Shown here: positions 24,689 through 34,299 of the stretch, piece by piece | Layout: each line of letters opens with the position of its first letter | Position numbering within the stretch: position 1 is the first letter of the stretch | Assembly: GCA_030647435.1 (NCBI GenBank) | Contig: JAUSJX010000141.1 | Coordinates: 52,394-116,393 of the forward strand | Origin: Candidatus Rokuibacteriota bacterium | Lineage (GTDB): Bacteria > Methylomirabilota > Methylomirabilia > Rokubacteriales > CSP1-6 | Direction: 5' to 3' | Length of the DNA stretch: 64,000 bases | Made by a program: the position numbers and the translations under genes | Notes under the pieces: model-generated | The model's input: the letters and a program-made list of their open reading frames with translations, nothing else | Told to the model about the DNA's origin: nothing | The model's database searches: none

Positions 24689-26004
24689 GCGTCCCCGCCA
24701 CCGCGCGTCCGCTCGAGGCGATGGCGCCCGCGCGGACCCGATGGATGCGCCGCTCCGCGGTCTGGCTGGCCGCGGCCGCGCTGCTGGCGGCGCTTCCCCA
24801 CGTCGTGCGGACCTCCGCGGCCGTGCCCGTGATGAACCAGATGGGCATCGCGATCGTGTTCGCCCTGAGCTACAACATGCTCCTCGGCCAGGGCGGCATG
24901 TTATCTTTTGGTCACGCCGTGTACTTCGGGCTCGGCGGCTTCATCGCCGCGCACGTCCTCAATCTGGCCGGCCAGGGCGTCGTGTACCTCCCCGTGCCGC
25001 TGCTGCCGCTGGTCGGCGGGCTCGGCGGCCTCTGCTTCGCCGCGCTCTACGGCAGCTTCTCGACTCGAAGGGCCGGCACCGTCTTCGCGATGATCTCGCT
25101 CGGGGTGGGCGAGATGATGGCCGCCTCCGCGCTCATCTTCGACAAGTTCTTCGGCGGCGAGGAGGGGATCACGGCCAACCGGACGAAGGCGCCGCTGCTC
25201 CTGGGCCTGCACTTTTCGACCGATCGCCAAGTGTACTACCTGATCGCCTTCTGGGTGCTTGTGGCCGCCGCGCTGATGTACGCGTTCTCGCGGACGCCGG
25301 TGGGGCGCATGGCCAACGCCGTGCGCGACAATCCGGAGCGCGCGGAGTTCGTCGGCTACAGCGCGCAAACCGTCCGCTTCATCGCGTTCTGTGCCGCCGG
25401 CTTCTTCGCCGGCGTGGCGGGCGGGCTCTTCGCGGTGAACTACGAGATCCTCACCGCGGCGAACATGGGCCTCGCGGCCTCGGGCGCCGTGCTGCTCATG
25501 ACGTATATCGGCGGCATCGGCTCTTTCGTCGGCCCCATCCTCGGCGCGATACTCTTCACGTTCCTCCAGTCGATGCTGAGCGACTACACGGGGATCTGGC
25601 TCCTCTACCTCGGCCTCCTGTTCCTAGCCACCGTCCTCTTCGTGCCGGCGGGGCTGGCGGGGGCGCTGATGATGCACGCGCCCGCGTGGCGGGCCGGCCG
25701 CCTGCGGCGCCTCGTCGGCCCGTACCTCGTCGCCGCGCTCGCCGCGCTCGTGGCCGCCGTGGGCGTCATCGGGCTCCTCGAGATGGTGCACTTCCTCGTC
25801 ACCGCGTCACCGGCCATCACCACCAAGCGCCTGTTCTGGACGGCCGTCCCCGTGCGCACGCTCTTGCCCTGGCTCGCCTTCGTCGCGCTCACCGCGGCGG
25901 GGGCGCTGGCGCTGCGGTGGGCGGCCCCCCGTGCCGCCAACGCGCTCGCCGAGGCGAGCCGCCCGGCGCCCGCATCCGCAGGAGGAGGTGAGCGGCGGCC
26001 GTGA
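24685..26004 (+). CDS. livM: Branched-chain amino acid-type ABC permease (LivM-like)
   Basis: C-terminal part of track ORF 23602..26004. GTG at 24685 forms a GTGA overlap; the ATG at 24721 is an alternative start. NQMGIAIVFALSYNMLLGQGGMLSFGHAVYFGLGG. Confidence 0.8.
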   Translation: MSVPATARPLEAMAPARTRWMRRSAVWLAAAALLAALPHVVRTSAAVPVMNQMGIAIVFALSYNMLLGQGGMLSFGHAVYFGLGGFIAAHVLNLAGQGVVYLPVPLLPLVGGLGGLCFAALYGSFSTRRAGTVFAMISLGVGEMMAASALIFDKFFGGEEGITANRTKAPLLLGLHFSTDRQVYYLIAFWVLVAAALMYAFSRTPVGRMANAVRDNPERAEFVGYSAQTVRFIAFCAAGFFAGVAGGLFAVNYEILTAANMGLAASGAVLLMTYIGGIGSFVGPILGAILFTFLQSMLSDYTGIWLLYLGLLFLATVLFVPAGLAGALMMHAPAWRAGRLRRLVGPYLVAALAALVAAVGVIGLLEMVHFLVTASPAITTKRLFWTAVPVRTLLPWLAFVALTAAGALALRWAAPRAANALAEASRPAPASAGGGERRP

Positions 26005-26804
26005 GCGCCTCGCGAGCGCGCCGCGAGCCGACGCTTCAACGGCCCGGAACACCGCCGGCGATCGAGCTGGTCGACGTCCGCAAGGCCTTCGGTCCCACGC
26101 TGATCATCCGCGGCGTGAGCCTCGCCATCGAGGCGGGCACGCGGCAGGCCCTCATCGGTCCTAACGGCGCTGGTAAATCGACGCTCTTCAACTTGATCAC
26201 CGGCAAGTACCCCGTCTCGGGCGGGCGCATCCGGCTCAGGGGCGAGGACATCACCGGGCGGCGTCCCTACGAGGTCAACCGCCGGGGACTGAGCCGCTCC
26301 TTCCAGGTGACGAACATTTTCCCCTGGCTGAGCGTCTTCGAGAACGTGCGGTGCAGCGTGCTGTGGTCGCTGGGCTACCGCTATTCGTTCTGGCACTGGG
26401 TGGACGCGGCGCGCGAGGTGCGGGAACGCACCGAGACGGTGCTCGAACAGCTCAACCTCGCGGCGCGGCGTCACATACCGGCCGGCCTCCTGTCCTACGC
26501 CGAGCAGCGCGCGCTGGAGATCGGCATCACCATCGCGGGTGGCGCCGACGTGATCCTGCTCGACGAGCCGACCTCGGGCATGAGCCGCAGCGAGACCGAG
26601 CAGGTCGTCCAGCTCATCCGCCAGGTGACGGCGGGCAAGACGCTGCTCATGGTGGAGCACGACATGAGCGTCGTCTTCGACCTCGCCGACCGGATCGCCG
26701 TGCTCGTGTACGGCGAGGTCATCGCGCACGACACGCCCGCGCGCATCCGCGCGAGCGCGGCCGTGCAGGAGGCATACCTCGGCGTGCCCCAGGGCGCGGG
26801 CTGA
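26001..26804 (+). CDS. livG: ABC ATP-binding protein (LivG-like)
   Basis: 267 aa. [34 protein letters not shown]. Confidence 0.9.
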   Translation: MSASRARREPTLQRPGTPPAIELVDVRKAFGPTLIIRGVSLAIEAGTRQALIGPNGAGKSTLFNLITGKYPVSGGRIRLRGEDITGRRPYEVNRRGLSRSFQVTNIFPWLSVFENVRCSVLWSLGYRYSFWHWVDAAREVRERTETVLEQLNLAARRHIPAGLLSYAEQRALEIGITIAGGADVILLDEPTSGMSRSETEQVVQLIRQVTAGKTLLMVEHDMSVVFDLADRIAVLVYGEVIAHDTPARIRASAAVQEAYLGVPQGAG

Positions 26805-27499
26805 TGCTGGCCGTCAGCGACCTGCACGCTTTCTACGGCAAGAGCCACATCCTGCACGGCGTGAGCCTGTGTGTTGACGAGGGCGAGATCGTGAGCCTGC
26901 TCGGCCGCAACGGCGTCGGCCGCTCGACGACCATCAAGGCAATCATGGGCGACGTCCGGGCGCAGGGCTCCGTGCGCTTCCGCGACGAGGAGCTGGTCGG
27001 GCTGCCGCCGCACGTGATCGCCCGGAAGGGCCTGGGCTACGTGCCCGAGAACCGGGACATTTTCCCCGGACTCACCGTGCGAGAGAATCTCCTCCTCGGC
27101 AGGAAGTCCACGAAGCAGACCGGGCGGTGGAGCTACGACGACGTCTTCGAGCTCTTCCCGCTCCTGCGGGAGCGCGCCGACGTGCTGGGCGGCGTGCTCT
27201 CGGGCGGCGAGCAGCAGATGCTGACCATCTGCCGGACACTGATGGGCGATCCCGAGCTCATCATGATCGACGAGCCCACCGAGGGCCTCGCGCCCCGATT
27301 GGTGGAGCTCGTCAGCGGCCTGCTCGAGCGCATCGCCGCGCGGGGCGTCTCCATCCTGCTGGTCGAGCAGAAGCTCACGATCGCGCTCCGTATCAGCCGC
27401 CGGCTCTACGTGATGGGCCACGGCCGCATTGTCTTCGAAGGCACGCCGGAGGACCTGCGCGCCAACGCGGCGGTGCGCAAGGAATGGCTCGAGGTCTGA
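26804..27499 (+). CDS. livF: ABC ATP-binding protein (LivF-like)
   Basis: ATG at 26804 overlaps the livG TGA. MLAVSDLHAFYGKSHILHGVSL, GRNGVGRSTT, LSGGEQQML. Confidence 0.9.
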   Translation: MLAVSDLHAFYGKSHILHGVSLCVDEGEIVSLLGRNGVGRSTTIKAIMGDVRAQGSVRFRDEELVGLPPHVIARKGLGYVPENRDIFPGLTVRENLLLGRKSTKQTGRWSYDDVFELFPLLRERADVLGGVLSGGEQQMLTICRTLMGDPELIMIDEPTEGLAPRLVELVSGLLERIAARGVSILLVEQKLTIALRISRRLYVMGHGRIVFEGTPEDLRANAAVRKEWLEV

Positions 27500-27522
27500 C
27501 GGCGGGCCTGCTTCGGCAGCCG

Positions 27523-28638
27523 CTAGAAGCGGCCGAGCCTCAAGTCGGCGATGTCGAGGCTGGTGCGCCCCGTCGTGAGGAGCTCGGCGACCATCTCGCC
27601 GGCCGCGGGCGAGTGCTGGAAGCCGTGGCCGCAAAAGCCGATGGCGAGATAGAGCCCCTCGATGCCCGGCGCCCAGTCGAGGATGCCGCGGCCGTCGGGC
27701 GTGAGCGGCCGCAGTCCCGCCCAAGCATGGCGGATCTGGGCGTGCTCGAGCGCCGGCATGCGGCGCACCGCCTTCTCCACCGTCTCCTCCAGCACGCCCC
27801 AGTCCACGCTCGCCGTGTACTCCGTGTGCGCCCCGATGTCGCCCGGGCTCATCAGGATCGCGCCCTGCTCGCTCCGGCAGTAGAAGCCCGACGTGATGTC
27901 GGTCACGAGCGGCATCGGGTGTCTAATCTCCGTGAAACTGTCGGTGACGAAGATGTGGCGTTTCCGGGGGTCGACCGGCAGATCCAGCCCCACCATCTTC
28001 CCGACCAGCGGCGCTTGCGGCCCGGCGGCGTTGATCACGAGCCGCGTCTCGATCCGTCCCGCCGGCGTCACGACCGCGCCGACCTTCCTGCCGTCGTCGA
28101 GTTCGATCCCCGTCACCGGCGTTTCCTCGAAGAACCTGACCCCGCCCGCCCGGGCGCGGGCCGCGTAGGCCTGGACCACGTCGTTGGGCGAGGCGTAGCC
28201 GTCCGTCGGGCCCCAGACGGCCGCGACCGCGTCGTCCACGCGAAGGCCAGGCACGATGGCCTTCGCGTCATCGGGAGCGATCATTCTCACGTCGGCGCCC
28301 ATGCTTTGCTGGAGCGCTACGTTGGTGCGAAAGCGCGCGACGTCCTTCTCGCTCGACAGGATGAAGAGGTAGCCCTCCTGGCGGAAGTCGCACGGCACGC
28401 CCATCTCGTCCTCGAAGCGCTTGAAGAAGGCGATGCCCCGCAGGGAGAACTCGATCTCGACGCGCGTGGCGAACTGCACCCGGATACCGCCCGCGGCCTT
28501 GCTCGTCGAGCCCGAGCCGATCGCCTCGCGCTCGAGCACCACGACGTCGCCGGCGCCGCGCTTCGAGAGGTGGTAGGCGATGCTCGAGCCGATGGCGCCC
28601 GCGCCGATGATGACGATGTCGGCCGTCCGCGGCAGCAT
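27523..28638 (-). CDS. FAD-dependent oxidoreductase (DAO family; sarcosine or D-amino-acid oxidase-like)
   Basis: 371 aa. DIVIIGAGAIGSSIAYHL dinucleotide motif, SGSTSKAAGGIR. Confidence 0.85.
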   Translation of the reverse strand: MLPRTADIVIIGAGAIGSSIAYHLSKRGAGDVVVLEREAIGSGSTSKAAGGIRVQFATRVEIEFSLRGIAFFKRFEDEMGVPCDFRQEGYLFILSSEKDVARFRTNVALQQSMGADVRMIAPDDAKAIVPGLRVDDAVAAVWGPTDGYASPNDVVQAYAARARAGGVRFFEETPVTGIELDDGRKVGAVVTPAGRIETRLVINAAGPQAPLVGKMVGLDLPVDPRKRHIFVTDSFTEIRHPMPLVTDITSGFYCRSEQGAILMSPGDIGAHTEYTASVDWGVLEETVEKAVRRMPALEHAQIRHAWAGLRPLTPDGRGILDWAPGIEGLYLAIGFCGHGFQHSPAAGEMVAELLTTGRTSLDIADLRLGRF

Positions 28639-28729
28639 GGTGTTTCAGTATACGGACGTCGCCGGTCTGGGGCGCGTGCTATTATCCCGCCCGCCGAGGC
28701 CGCCGCTCTCGGCCAGGGGGACAGCGACC

Positions 28730-29170
28730 ATGCGCATCCTCGGCATCGACCACATCGGCATCGCGTCGGGGGATCTCGGGAAGCACATCGAGATCTTCGG
28801 CGACAAGCTCGGCCTCGAGATCCACGGCTTCGAAGAGAAGGACCCCTACGGAGGGCTGCGCGCGGCCTTCGCGCGCGTGGGCGATACCGACTTCGAGATC
28901 CTCGAGGACCGCGTGCCCGACGGCGACCAGAAGGTGATCGACCAGCGCGACATCGCGAAGTTCGTCGCCCGGCGCGGCCAGGGCCTCCACCACATCGCAC
29001 TCCGCGTGGCCGACATCGAAGAGGCCATGCGTGACGCCAGGGCCGCGGGTCTCACTGTCATCGACGAGACGCCGCGTCCCGGCGCGCGAGGCTCGAAGAT
29101 CGCCTTCCTCCATCCGAAGTCCACGGGCGGCATCCTCATCCATTTCGTGGAACGTCCCGATCGTGGCTGA
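28730..29170 (+). CDS. Methylmalonyl-CoA epimerase-like VOC family protein
   Basis: ATG at 28730. MRILGIDHIGIASGDL..., FEILEDRVP, GQGLHHIALRVADIEEA, GILIHFVE. Confidence 0.8.
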   Translation: MRILGIDHIGIASGDLGKHIEIFGDKLGLEIHGFEEKDPYGGLRAAFARVGDTDFEILEDRVPDGDQKVIDQRDIAKFVARRGQGLHHIALRVADIEEAMRDARAAGLTVIDETPRPGARGSKIAFLHPKSTGGILIHFVERPDRG

Positions 29171-29177
29171 CGCACCG

Positions 29178-30221
29178 ATGCCGCCCGGGCGCATCGAAGG
29201 CCCGTCGGCCTGGCGCGGCCCCGACATGGCCAAGTCGGAGGAATGGCTCTACCGGCTCTCCACGGACGAGATCGCCGAGCTCGACCAGGCGCTCGAGCGC
29301 ACCCGCACGCGCGGCCTCGACATCATCGGGATCACGCGCGAGGACTTCCCCCTGCCCCGACTGGGCCCAGTCCTCGACGGCATCCACCGCGAGCTGCTCC
29401 ACGGCCGCGGCTTCGTCCTGCTCCGCGGCGTGCCCGTCGGGCGCTACTCGATCGCCGAAGCCGCGACGGTCTACTGGGGCATCGGCACGTACTTCGGCCG
29501 CGCGCTCTCGCAGAACGCCAAGGGCCACGTCCTCGGCCACGTGCGCGACCTCGGCTACAACCCAGACGACCCCAACGTCCGCATCTACCAGACGACGGAG
29601 CGCCAGTACTTCCACACGGATTCGTGCGACCTCGTGGGCCTCCTCTGCCTGCGCCAGGCGCGCTCCGGTGGACTCTCCGCCATCATCAGCTCGGTCAGCG
29701 TCTTCAACGTGATGCTGGCGCGCCGTCCCGACCTCCTGCCCGTCCTCTTCGAACCCTTCGAGACAGACAGACGCGGGGAAGTCCCGGCGGGCATGAAGCC
29801 CTACTTCGCGGTGCCCGTCTTCAACTGGCACGCGGGGCGCTTGTCCACCATCTACGTGCGGCGCTACATCGAGTCCGCCCGGCGTTTCCCCGAGGTGCCG
29901 CCGCTCACCGCGCGCCAGGTCGAAGCGCTCGATGTATTCGACTCGCTGCTGGAAGACCGCGATCTCAACCTCTTCATGGACTTCGAGCCGGGCGACATCC
30001 AGCTGCTGCACAACCACCAGATCCTCCACGACCGGACGGGTTACGTCGACTGGCCCGAGCCCGCGCGCAAGCGCCACCTCCTGCGCCTCTGGCTCTGCCC
30101 GCCCGACGGCCGCCCGCTGCCGGACTGCTTCGCGCCGCGCTACGGCAGCGTCGAGATCAGCCGTCGCGGGGGCATCCTCGTCCCCGGCACCACGCTCAGC
30201 GTGCCCCTCGAGCCCTGCTAG
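29178..30221 (+). CDS. TauD/TfdA-family Fe(II)/2-oxoglutarate dioxygenase
   Basis: ATG at 29178. YFHTDSCD (HxD) and the distal HNHQILHDR. Confidence 0.8.
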   Translation: MPPGRIEGPSAWRGPDMAKSEEWLYRLSTDEIAELDQALERTRTRGLDIIGITREDFPLPRLGPVLDGIHRELLHGRGFVLLRGVPVGRYSIAEAATVYWGIGTYFGRALSQNAKGHVLGHVRDLGYNPDDPNVRIYQTTERQYFHTDSCDLVGLLCLRQARSGGLSAIISSVSVFNVMLARRPDLLPVLFEPFETDRRGEVPAGMKPYFAVPVFNWHAGRLSTIYVRRYIESARRFPEVPPLTARQVEALDVFDSLLEDRDLNLFMDFEPGDIQLLHNHQILHDRTGYVDWPEPARKRHLLRLWLCPPDGRPLPDCFAPRYGSVEISRRGGILVPGTTLSVPLEPC

Positions 30222-30236
30222 ACTGGAGAGATCACA

Positions 30237-31283
30237 ATGGACGAGACCAAGCTGCACGCGTTCATGGGCAAGTTCGTCACCGACATGGGCGGCGCCCTCA
30301 TGATGGCCGTGGTCCTGATCGGCGAGGAGCTCGGGCTGTACAAGGCCATGGCCGACGGCCGGGCGGTCAGCGCCGACGCGCTGGCCGCCCGGTGCCGCTG
30401 CAATCCCCGCCTCGTGCGCGAGTGGCTCGACGCCAACGCGGCCGCCGGCTACCTGGAGCACGCGGACGGCGGCTACCGCCTTCCGCCGGAGCAGGCGATG
30501 GCCCTCGCCAACGAGAACTCTCCGGTCTTCGTCGCCCCCGGGACCAACGTCGTCGGCGCCTGCTTCACCGACATCGACAAGGTGCTCGACGCGTTCCGGG
30601 GAGACGGCGGCCTGCCCTGGGGCCAGCACCACCACCGGCTGTTTCACGGGACAGAGAAGTTCTTCAGGCCGGGGTACAAGGCCCGCCTGACCACCGCGTG
30701 GCTGCCGGCCCTGGACGGGATCGTGGTCAAGCTCGAGGCCGGCGCCAAGGTCGCCGACGTCGGCTGCGGCCACGGGGCGTCGACGATCATCATGGCAGGG
30801 GCGTACCCGAAGTCGCGCTTCTTCGGCTTCGACATCCACGCGCCGTCCGTCGAGGTGGCCCGCACCCGCGCGGCGGAAGCCGGCGTCGCAGACCGTGTCA
30901 CATTCACGGCCGCCGCGGCCAAGGGCTACGCCGAGCGGGGATTCGACCTGATCTGCTTCTTCGACTGCCTGCACGACATGGGCGATCCGGTCGGCGCCGC
31001 CCGCCACGCCCGCCAGGCCCTCAGCGACGACGGCACGATCATGCTGGTCGAGCCGTTCGCCGGCGACAGCGTGGCGGACAACTCGAATCCCGTGGGGCGG
31101 CTGTACTACGCCGTGTCCAGCATGATCTGCACGCCCAATTCCCTGTCGCAGGAGGTCGGGCTCGGCCTCGGCGCGCAGGCCGGTGAGCGCCGCCTCGCCG
31201 CGGTCATGGCCGAGGCCGGCTTCAGCCGCTTTCGCCGGGCGACAGAGACCCCGTTCAACCTGATCCTCGAGGCGCGCAAGTAA
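30237..31283 (+). CDS. Class I SAM-dependent methyltransferase with an N-terminal helical domain
   Basis: 348 aa. Motif I VADVGCGHGAS, FDLICFFDCLHDMGDP. Confidence 0.85.
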   Translation: MDETKLHAFMGKFVTDMGGALMMAVVLIGEELGLYKAMADGRAVSADALAARCRCNPRLVREWLDANAAAGYLEHADGGYRLPPEQAMALANENSPVFVAPGTNVVGACFTDIDKVLDAFRGDGGLPWGQHHHRLFHGTEKFFRPGYKARLTTAWLPALDGIVVKLEAGAKVADVGCGHGASTIIMAGAYPKSRFFGFDIHAPSVEVARTRAAEAGVADRVTFTAAAAKGYAERGFDLICFFDCLHDMGDPVGAARHARQALSDDGTIMLVEPFAGDSVADNSNPVGRLYYAVSSMICTPNSLSQEVGLGLGAQAGERRLAAVMAEAGFSRFRRATETPFNLILEARK

Positions 31284-31304
31284 CGGAGGAGGTCACGAGA
31301 GCCG

Positions 31305-32345
31305 ATGGCAACTTCTCGATGGAAGCACCGCCCGGAAGGATCCACCTGGGGAGACTTCGGCCCCGACGACCAGATCGGGCGCTTGAATCTGATCACGCCC
31401 GAGAAGGTCAAGCAGGGCGTGGCCGAGGTGCGCGAGGGCCGCACGTTCTGTCTCAGCCTCCCGCTCGACTACCCGGGCGGCGCCGTGCTCAACCCGCGGC
31501 GCACCCCGCCCGTCCTCTCGGCGACGGGCACCGAAGAGAGACCGCGCTACAACATGCCGCTGTCCGTCTACAACCCGCTGCACACCGACGTGGTCTGTGA
31601 CGACCGCGTGCTGCTGACGCTCCAGTATTCCACGCAGTGGGACAGCCTCTGCCACGTCGGCGCCCACTTCGACGCCGACGGCGATGGTAAGGCCGAGCCG
31701 CTGTTCTACAACGGCCACCGCGCCAACGTGGACGTGGTCGGTCCCATCGACTACCGCACGGGCGAGAAGACGACGGAGCCCATCGGCGCGCGCCGGCTGG
31801 GCGTCGAGAACATGGCGGCGCACGGCATCCAGGGGCGCGGCGTCTTGGTGGACCTTCACGCCCACTTCGGCGCCGAGCGGAAGATGGTGAGCCGCGACGA
31901 CCTGCTGCGCGTCATGGACCAGGACAAGGTGGTCGTCGAGAAGGGCGATATGCTGCTGCTTCACTCGGGGTTCAGCCAGGCCATCCTCGACATGAAGCGG
32001 AATCCCGACGGCGAGAAGCTCGCCTCGTCCTACGCCGTGCTCGACGGCCGCGACGATGCGCTCCTGCAATGGATCACCGACAGCGGCATCGCGTCCCTCA
32101 TCGCCGACAACTACGGCGTCGAGGCCGTGCCGTCGCGCCCCGGCGGCCCCGCGCCGCACGCGGGACTGCCCCTCCACCAGCACTGCCTCTTCAAGCTCGG
32201 GGTCAACCTCGGCGAGATGTTCTACCTGACGGAACTCGCGGCCTGGCTCCGCCAGCACAAGCGCAGCCGCTTCCTCCTGACCGCGCCGCCGCTCCGGCTT
32301 CCCGGCGCCGTCGGATCACCCGCGACGCCCATCGCGACGGTCTGA
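31305..32345 (+). CDS. Cyclase-family protein (kynurenine formamidase-like fold)
   Basis: 346 aa. DQIGRLNLITPEKV, STQWDSLCHVGAHFDADGDG, LHQHCL. Confidence 0.7.
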   Translation: MATSRWKHRPEGSTWGDFGPDDQIGRLNLITPEKVKQGVAEVREGRTFCLSLPLDYPGGAVLNPRRTPPVLSATGTEERPRYNMPLSVYNPLHTDVVCDDRVLLTLQYSTQWDSLCHVGAHFDADGDGKAEPLFYNGHRANVDVVGPIDYRTGEKTTEPIGARRLGVENMAAHGIQGRGVLVDLHAHFGAERKMVSRDDLLRVMDQDKVVVEKGDMLLLHSGFSQAILDMKRNPDGEKLASSYAVLDGRDDALLQWITDSGIASLIADNYGVEAVPSRPGGPAPHAGLPLHQHCLFKLGVNLGEMFYLTELAAWLRQHKRSRFLLTAPPLRLPGAVGSPATPIATV

Positions 32346-32355
32346 GAAGGAGCGC

Positions 32356-32889
32356 CTAGCCCAGATCGGGCTCGATGCGGAGGCCGTTGTTGAAGCGGTT
32401 GGTGAAGTTCGCCATGCAGGTCACCAGGGCCAACTCGACGATCTGGTCTTCTGTGAAGTGCCGCTTGAGCTCGCCGACCGCCATGTCGCGCAGGCCGGCG
32501 CCCGCCGCACGCGTCATCCGCTCGGCGTAGAGCAGTACGGCTTTCTCCTTCTCGTCGAAGAGCGGACTCCGCTCGTAGAACGTCAGGGCCCCGATCTGCT
32601 CGCCGGTAATCCCGGCCCGCTTCACCGCCGGCGTGTGCGCGCGGGAGCAGTACTCGCAGCCGTTCAGGTGCGAGGTCTTGAGATAGGCCAGCTCCTTGTA
32701 TCGGGCTTCGAGGGTGCCCTCGTTCATCACCGAGGCATAGAGCGGCAGGAAGTTCTTCAGCGCTCGGGGATGGTGAGCCATGACGCCGTAGAAGTCCGGC
32801 ACGCGCCCGGCCCGCTTCGTCAAGCCGTCGTACACGGCCTGCAACTCGGCAGGCGCCTTCTCCCTGGGGATCGGATCTACGACGGCCAT
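32356..32889 (-). CDS. Carboxymuconolactone decarboxylase / AhpD-like family protein
   Basis: 177 aa. HLNGCEYCSRAH CxxC-type motif. GGAGG upstream of the ATG. Confidence 0.85.
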   Translation of the reverse strand: MAVVDPIPREKAPAELQAVYDGLTKRAGRVPDFYGVMAHHPRALKNFLPLYASVMNEGTLEARYKELAYLKTSHLNGCEYCSRAHTPAVKRAGITGEQIGALTFYERSPLFDEKEKAVLLYAERMTRAAGAGLRDMAVGELKRHFTEDQIVELALVTCMANFTNRFNNGLRIEPDLG

Positions 32890-32904
32890 GCAGAGCCTCC
32901 TCTG

Positions 32905-33534
32905 TCAGTACAGCCCGTCGCGGACCCGTTTGTCCAGGTCGCGGGCGTAGTCGGTGACCGACGCCGCGCTGCGCGCGGTCGGCACCTGGTCCCAGAGCAT
33001 CTGGGCGAAGGACGGGAGCTTCTGCGGCTCGGCCCAGGTTGACGGGTCCCACAGGCTCGAGCGGAGGAAGGCCTTGGGACAGTGGAGATACGCCTCCTCG
33101 ACCACGACGCCGAGCGCGACCCTGGGGAGCTTGCCATGCATGGCCAGGCGCGCCAGGATCTCCTCGTCGCGGATGATCGAGGCTCTTCCGTTGACGCGCA
33201 GCGTGTCCCCGCGCCCGGGCACGAGGAAGAGCATCCCGATATGCGGGTTCTCGAGGATGTTGGTCATTCCATCGGTGCGGTTGTTGCCGGGGCGGTCGGG
33301 CACGACCAGATGCGTGTCGTCCAGGACCCGCACGAAGCCCGGCGCGTCGCCCTTGGGGGAGACGTCGCACTGCCCCGCGGCGTTGGAGGTCGCGAGCAGC
33401 ACGAAGGGCGAGGCCGCGATGAACGCGCGCGAGTGCTCGTCGAGGGACGAGTGGCACTTGAGGACGGCCCGCTCGCTCGGCTCGCCGAAGATGGCGCGCA
33501 GCTCCTGCTTCGAAGTCACGACGTCCTTGAACAT
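32905..33534 (-). CDS. Pyridoxamine 5'-phosphate oxidase-family (FMN-binding split-barrel) protein
   Basis: 209 aa. PFVLLATSNAAGQCDVSPKGD...VVPDRPGNNR...NPHIGMLFLVPG. AGGAGG upstream. Confidence 0.75.
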   Translation of the reverse strand: MFKDVVTSKQELRAIFGEPSERAVLKCHSSLDEHSRAFIAASPFVLLATSNAAGQCDVSPKGDAPGFVRVLDDTHLVVPDRPGNNRTDGMTNILENPHIGMLFLVPGRGDTLRVNGRASIIRDEEILARLAMHGKLPRVALGVVVEEAYLHCPKAFLRSSLWDPSTWAEPQKLPSFAQMLWDQVPTARSAASVTDYARDLDKRVRDGLY

Positions 33535-33579
33535 GTTCCCACCTCCTGTCGCGATGCTAGCACGGCCGGTCGGGCGTCG

Positions 33580-34299
33580 TCAGTAGAGCTCCCACCAGGA
33601 GTCCTGCGCGGCCAGGAGCTCGGCGGCCGGCTTCTCGAGCACGATGCGCCCCGATTTCATCACGTAGGCGCGGCCCGCCATGCCGAGCGCCGTCTTGATG
33701 TTCTGCTCAACCAGCACGATGGCCGTGCCGAAGCGCCGGTTGATCTGGACCGCCGTCTCCAGCACGCGCCGGACGAGCACCGGCGCGAGCCCGATGGACG
33801 GCTCGTCCATCATCATGAGACGCGGTCGCTGCATGAGGGCCGTGCCCACGGCGACCATCTGCTGCTGGCCGCCCGACATGGTGCCCACGCGCTGGCCGCG
33901 GCGCTCGGCGAGCATCGGGAAGAGCTCGAGGACCTCGTCCATGCGCTGGAGGGCGCCGGTCCGGTCGCCCTGGGTGTAGGCGCCCAGCATGAGGTTCTCG
34001 ACCACGCTCAGGTCGGGGAAGACGCCGCGTCCCTGCGGCACGAGCGCCAGCCCGCGCTTCACGTTGGCGGCGGGGTCGCCGTTGCCCCACTCCTCGCCGG
34101 CGAAGCGCACGCTGCCCGCCCGCGCGGGCAGGAGGCCCAGCACCGTCTTGAGCGTGGTGGACTTGCCGGCGCCGTTGTGGCCGAGGAGGGCGACGATCTC
34201 GCCCTCGCCCACGCGGAAGGACACGCCGTGCAGCACGGTCTTCTTCCCGTAGCCGGCTTCGAGGTCGCGGACGTCGAGCAGCGTCTCGGTCACGATCAC
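33580..34299 (-). CDS. livF: ABC ATP-binding protein (LivF-like)
   Basis: GTG at 34299 forms a GTGA overlap with the livG-like stop. LLDVRDLEAGYGKKTVLHGVSF, GHNGAGKSTT, MSGGQQQMV. Confidence 0.9.
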   Translation of the reverse strand: MIVTETLLDVRDLEAGYGKKTVLHGVSFRVGEGEIVALLGHNGAGKSTTLKTVLGLLPARAGSVRFAGEEWGNGDPAANVKRGLALVPQGRGVFPDLSVVENLMLGAYTQGDRTGALQRMDEVLELFPMLAERRGQRVGTMSGGQQQMVAVGTALMQRPRLMMMDEPSIGLAPVLVRRVLETAVQINRRFGTAIVLVEQNIKTALGMAGRAYVMKSGRIVLEKPAAELLAAQDSWWELY

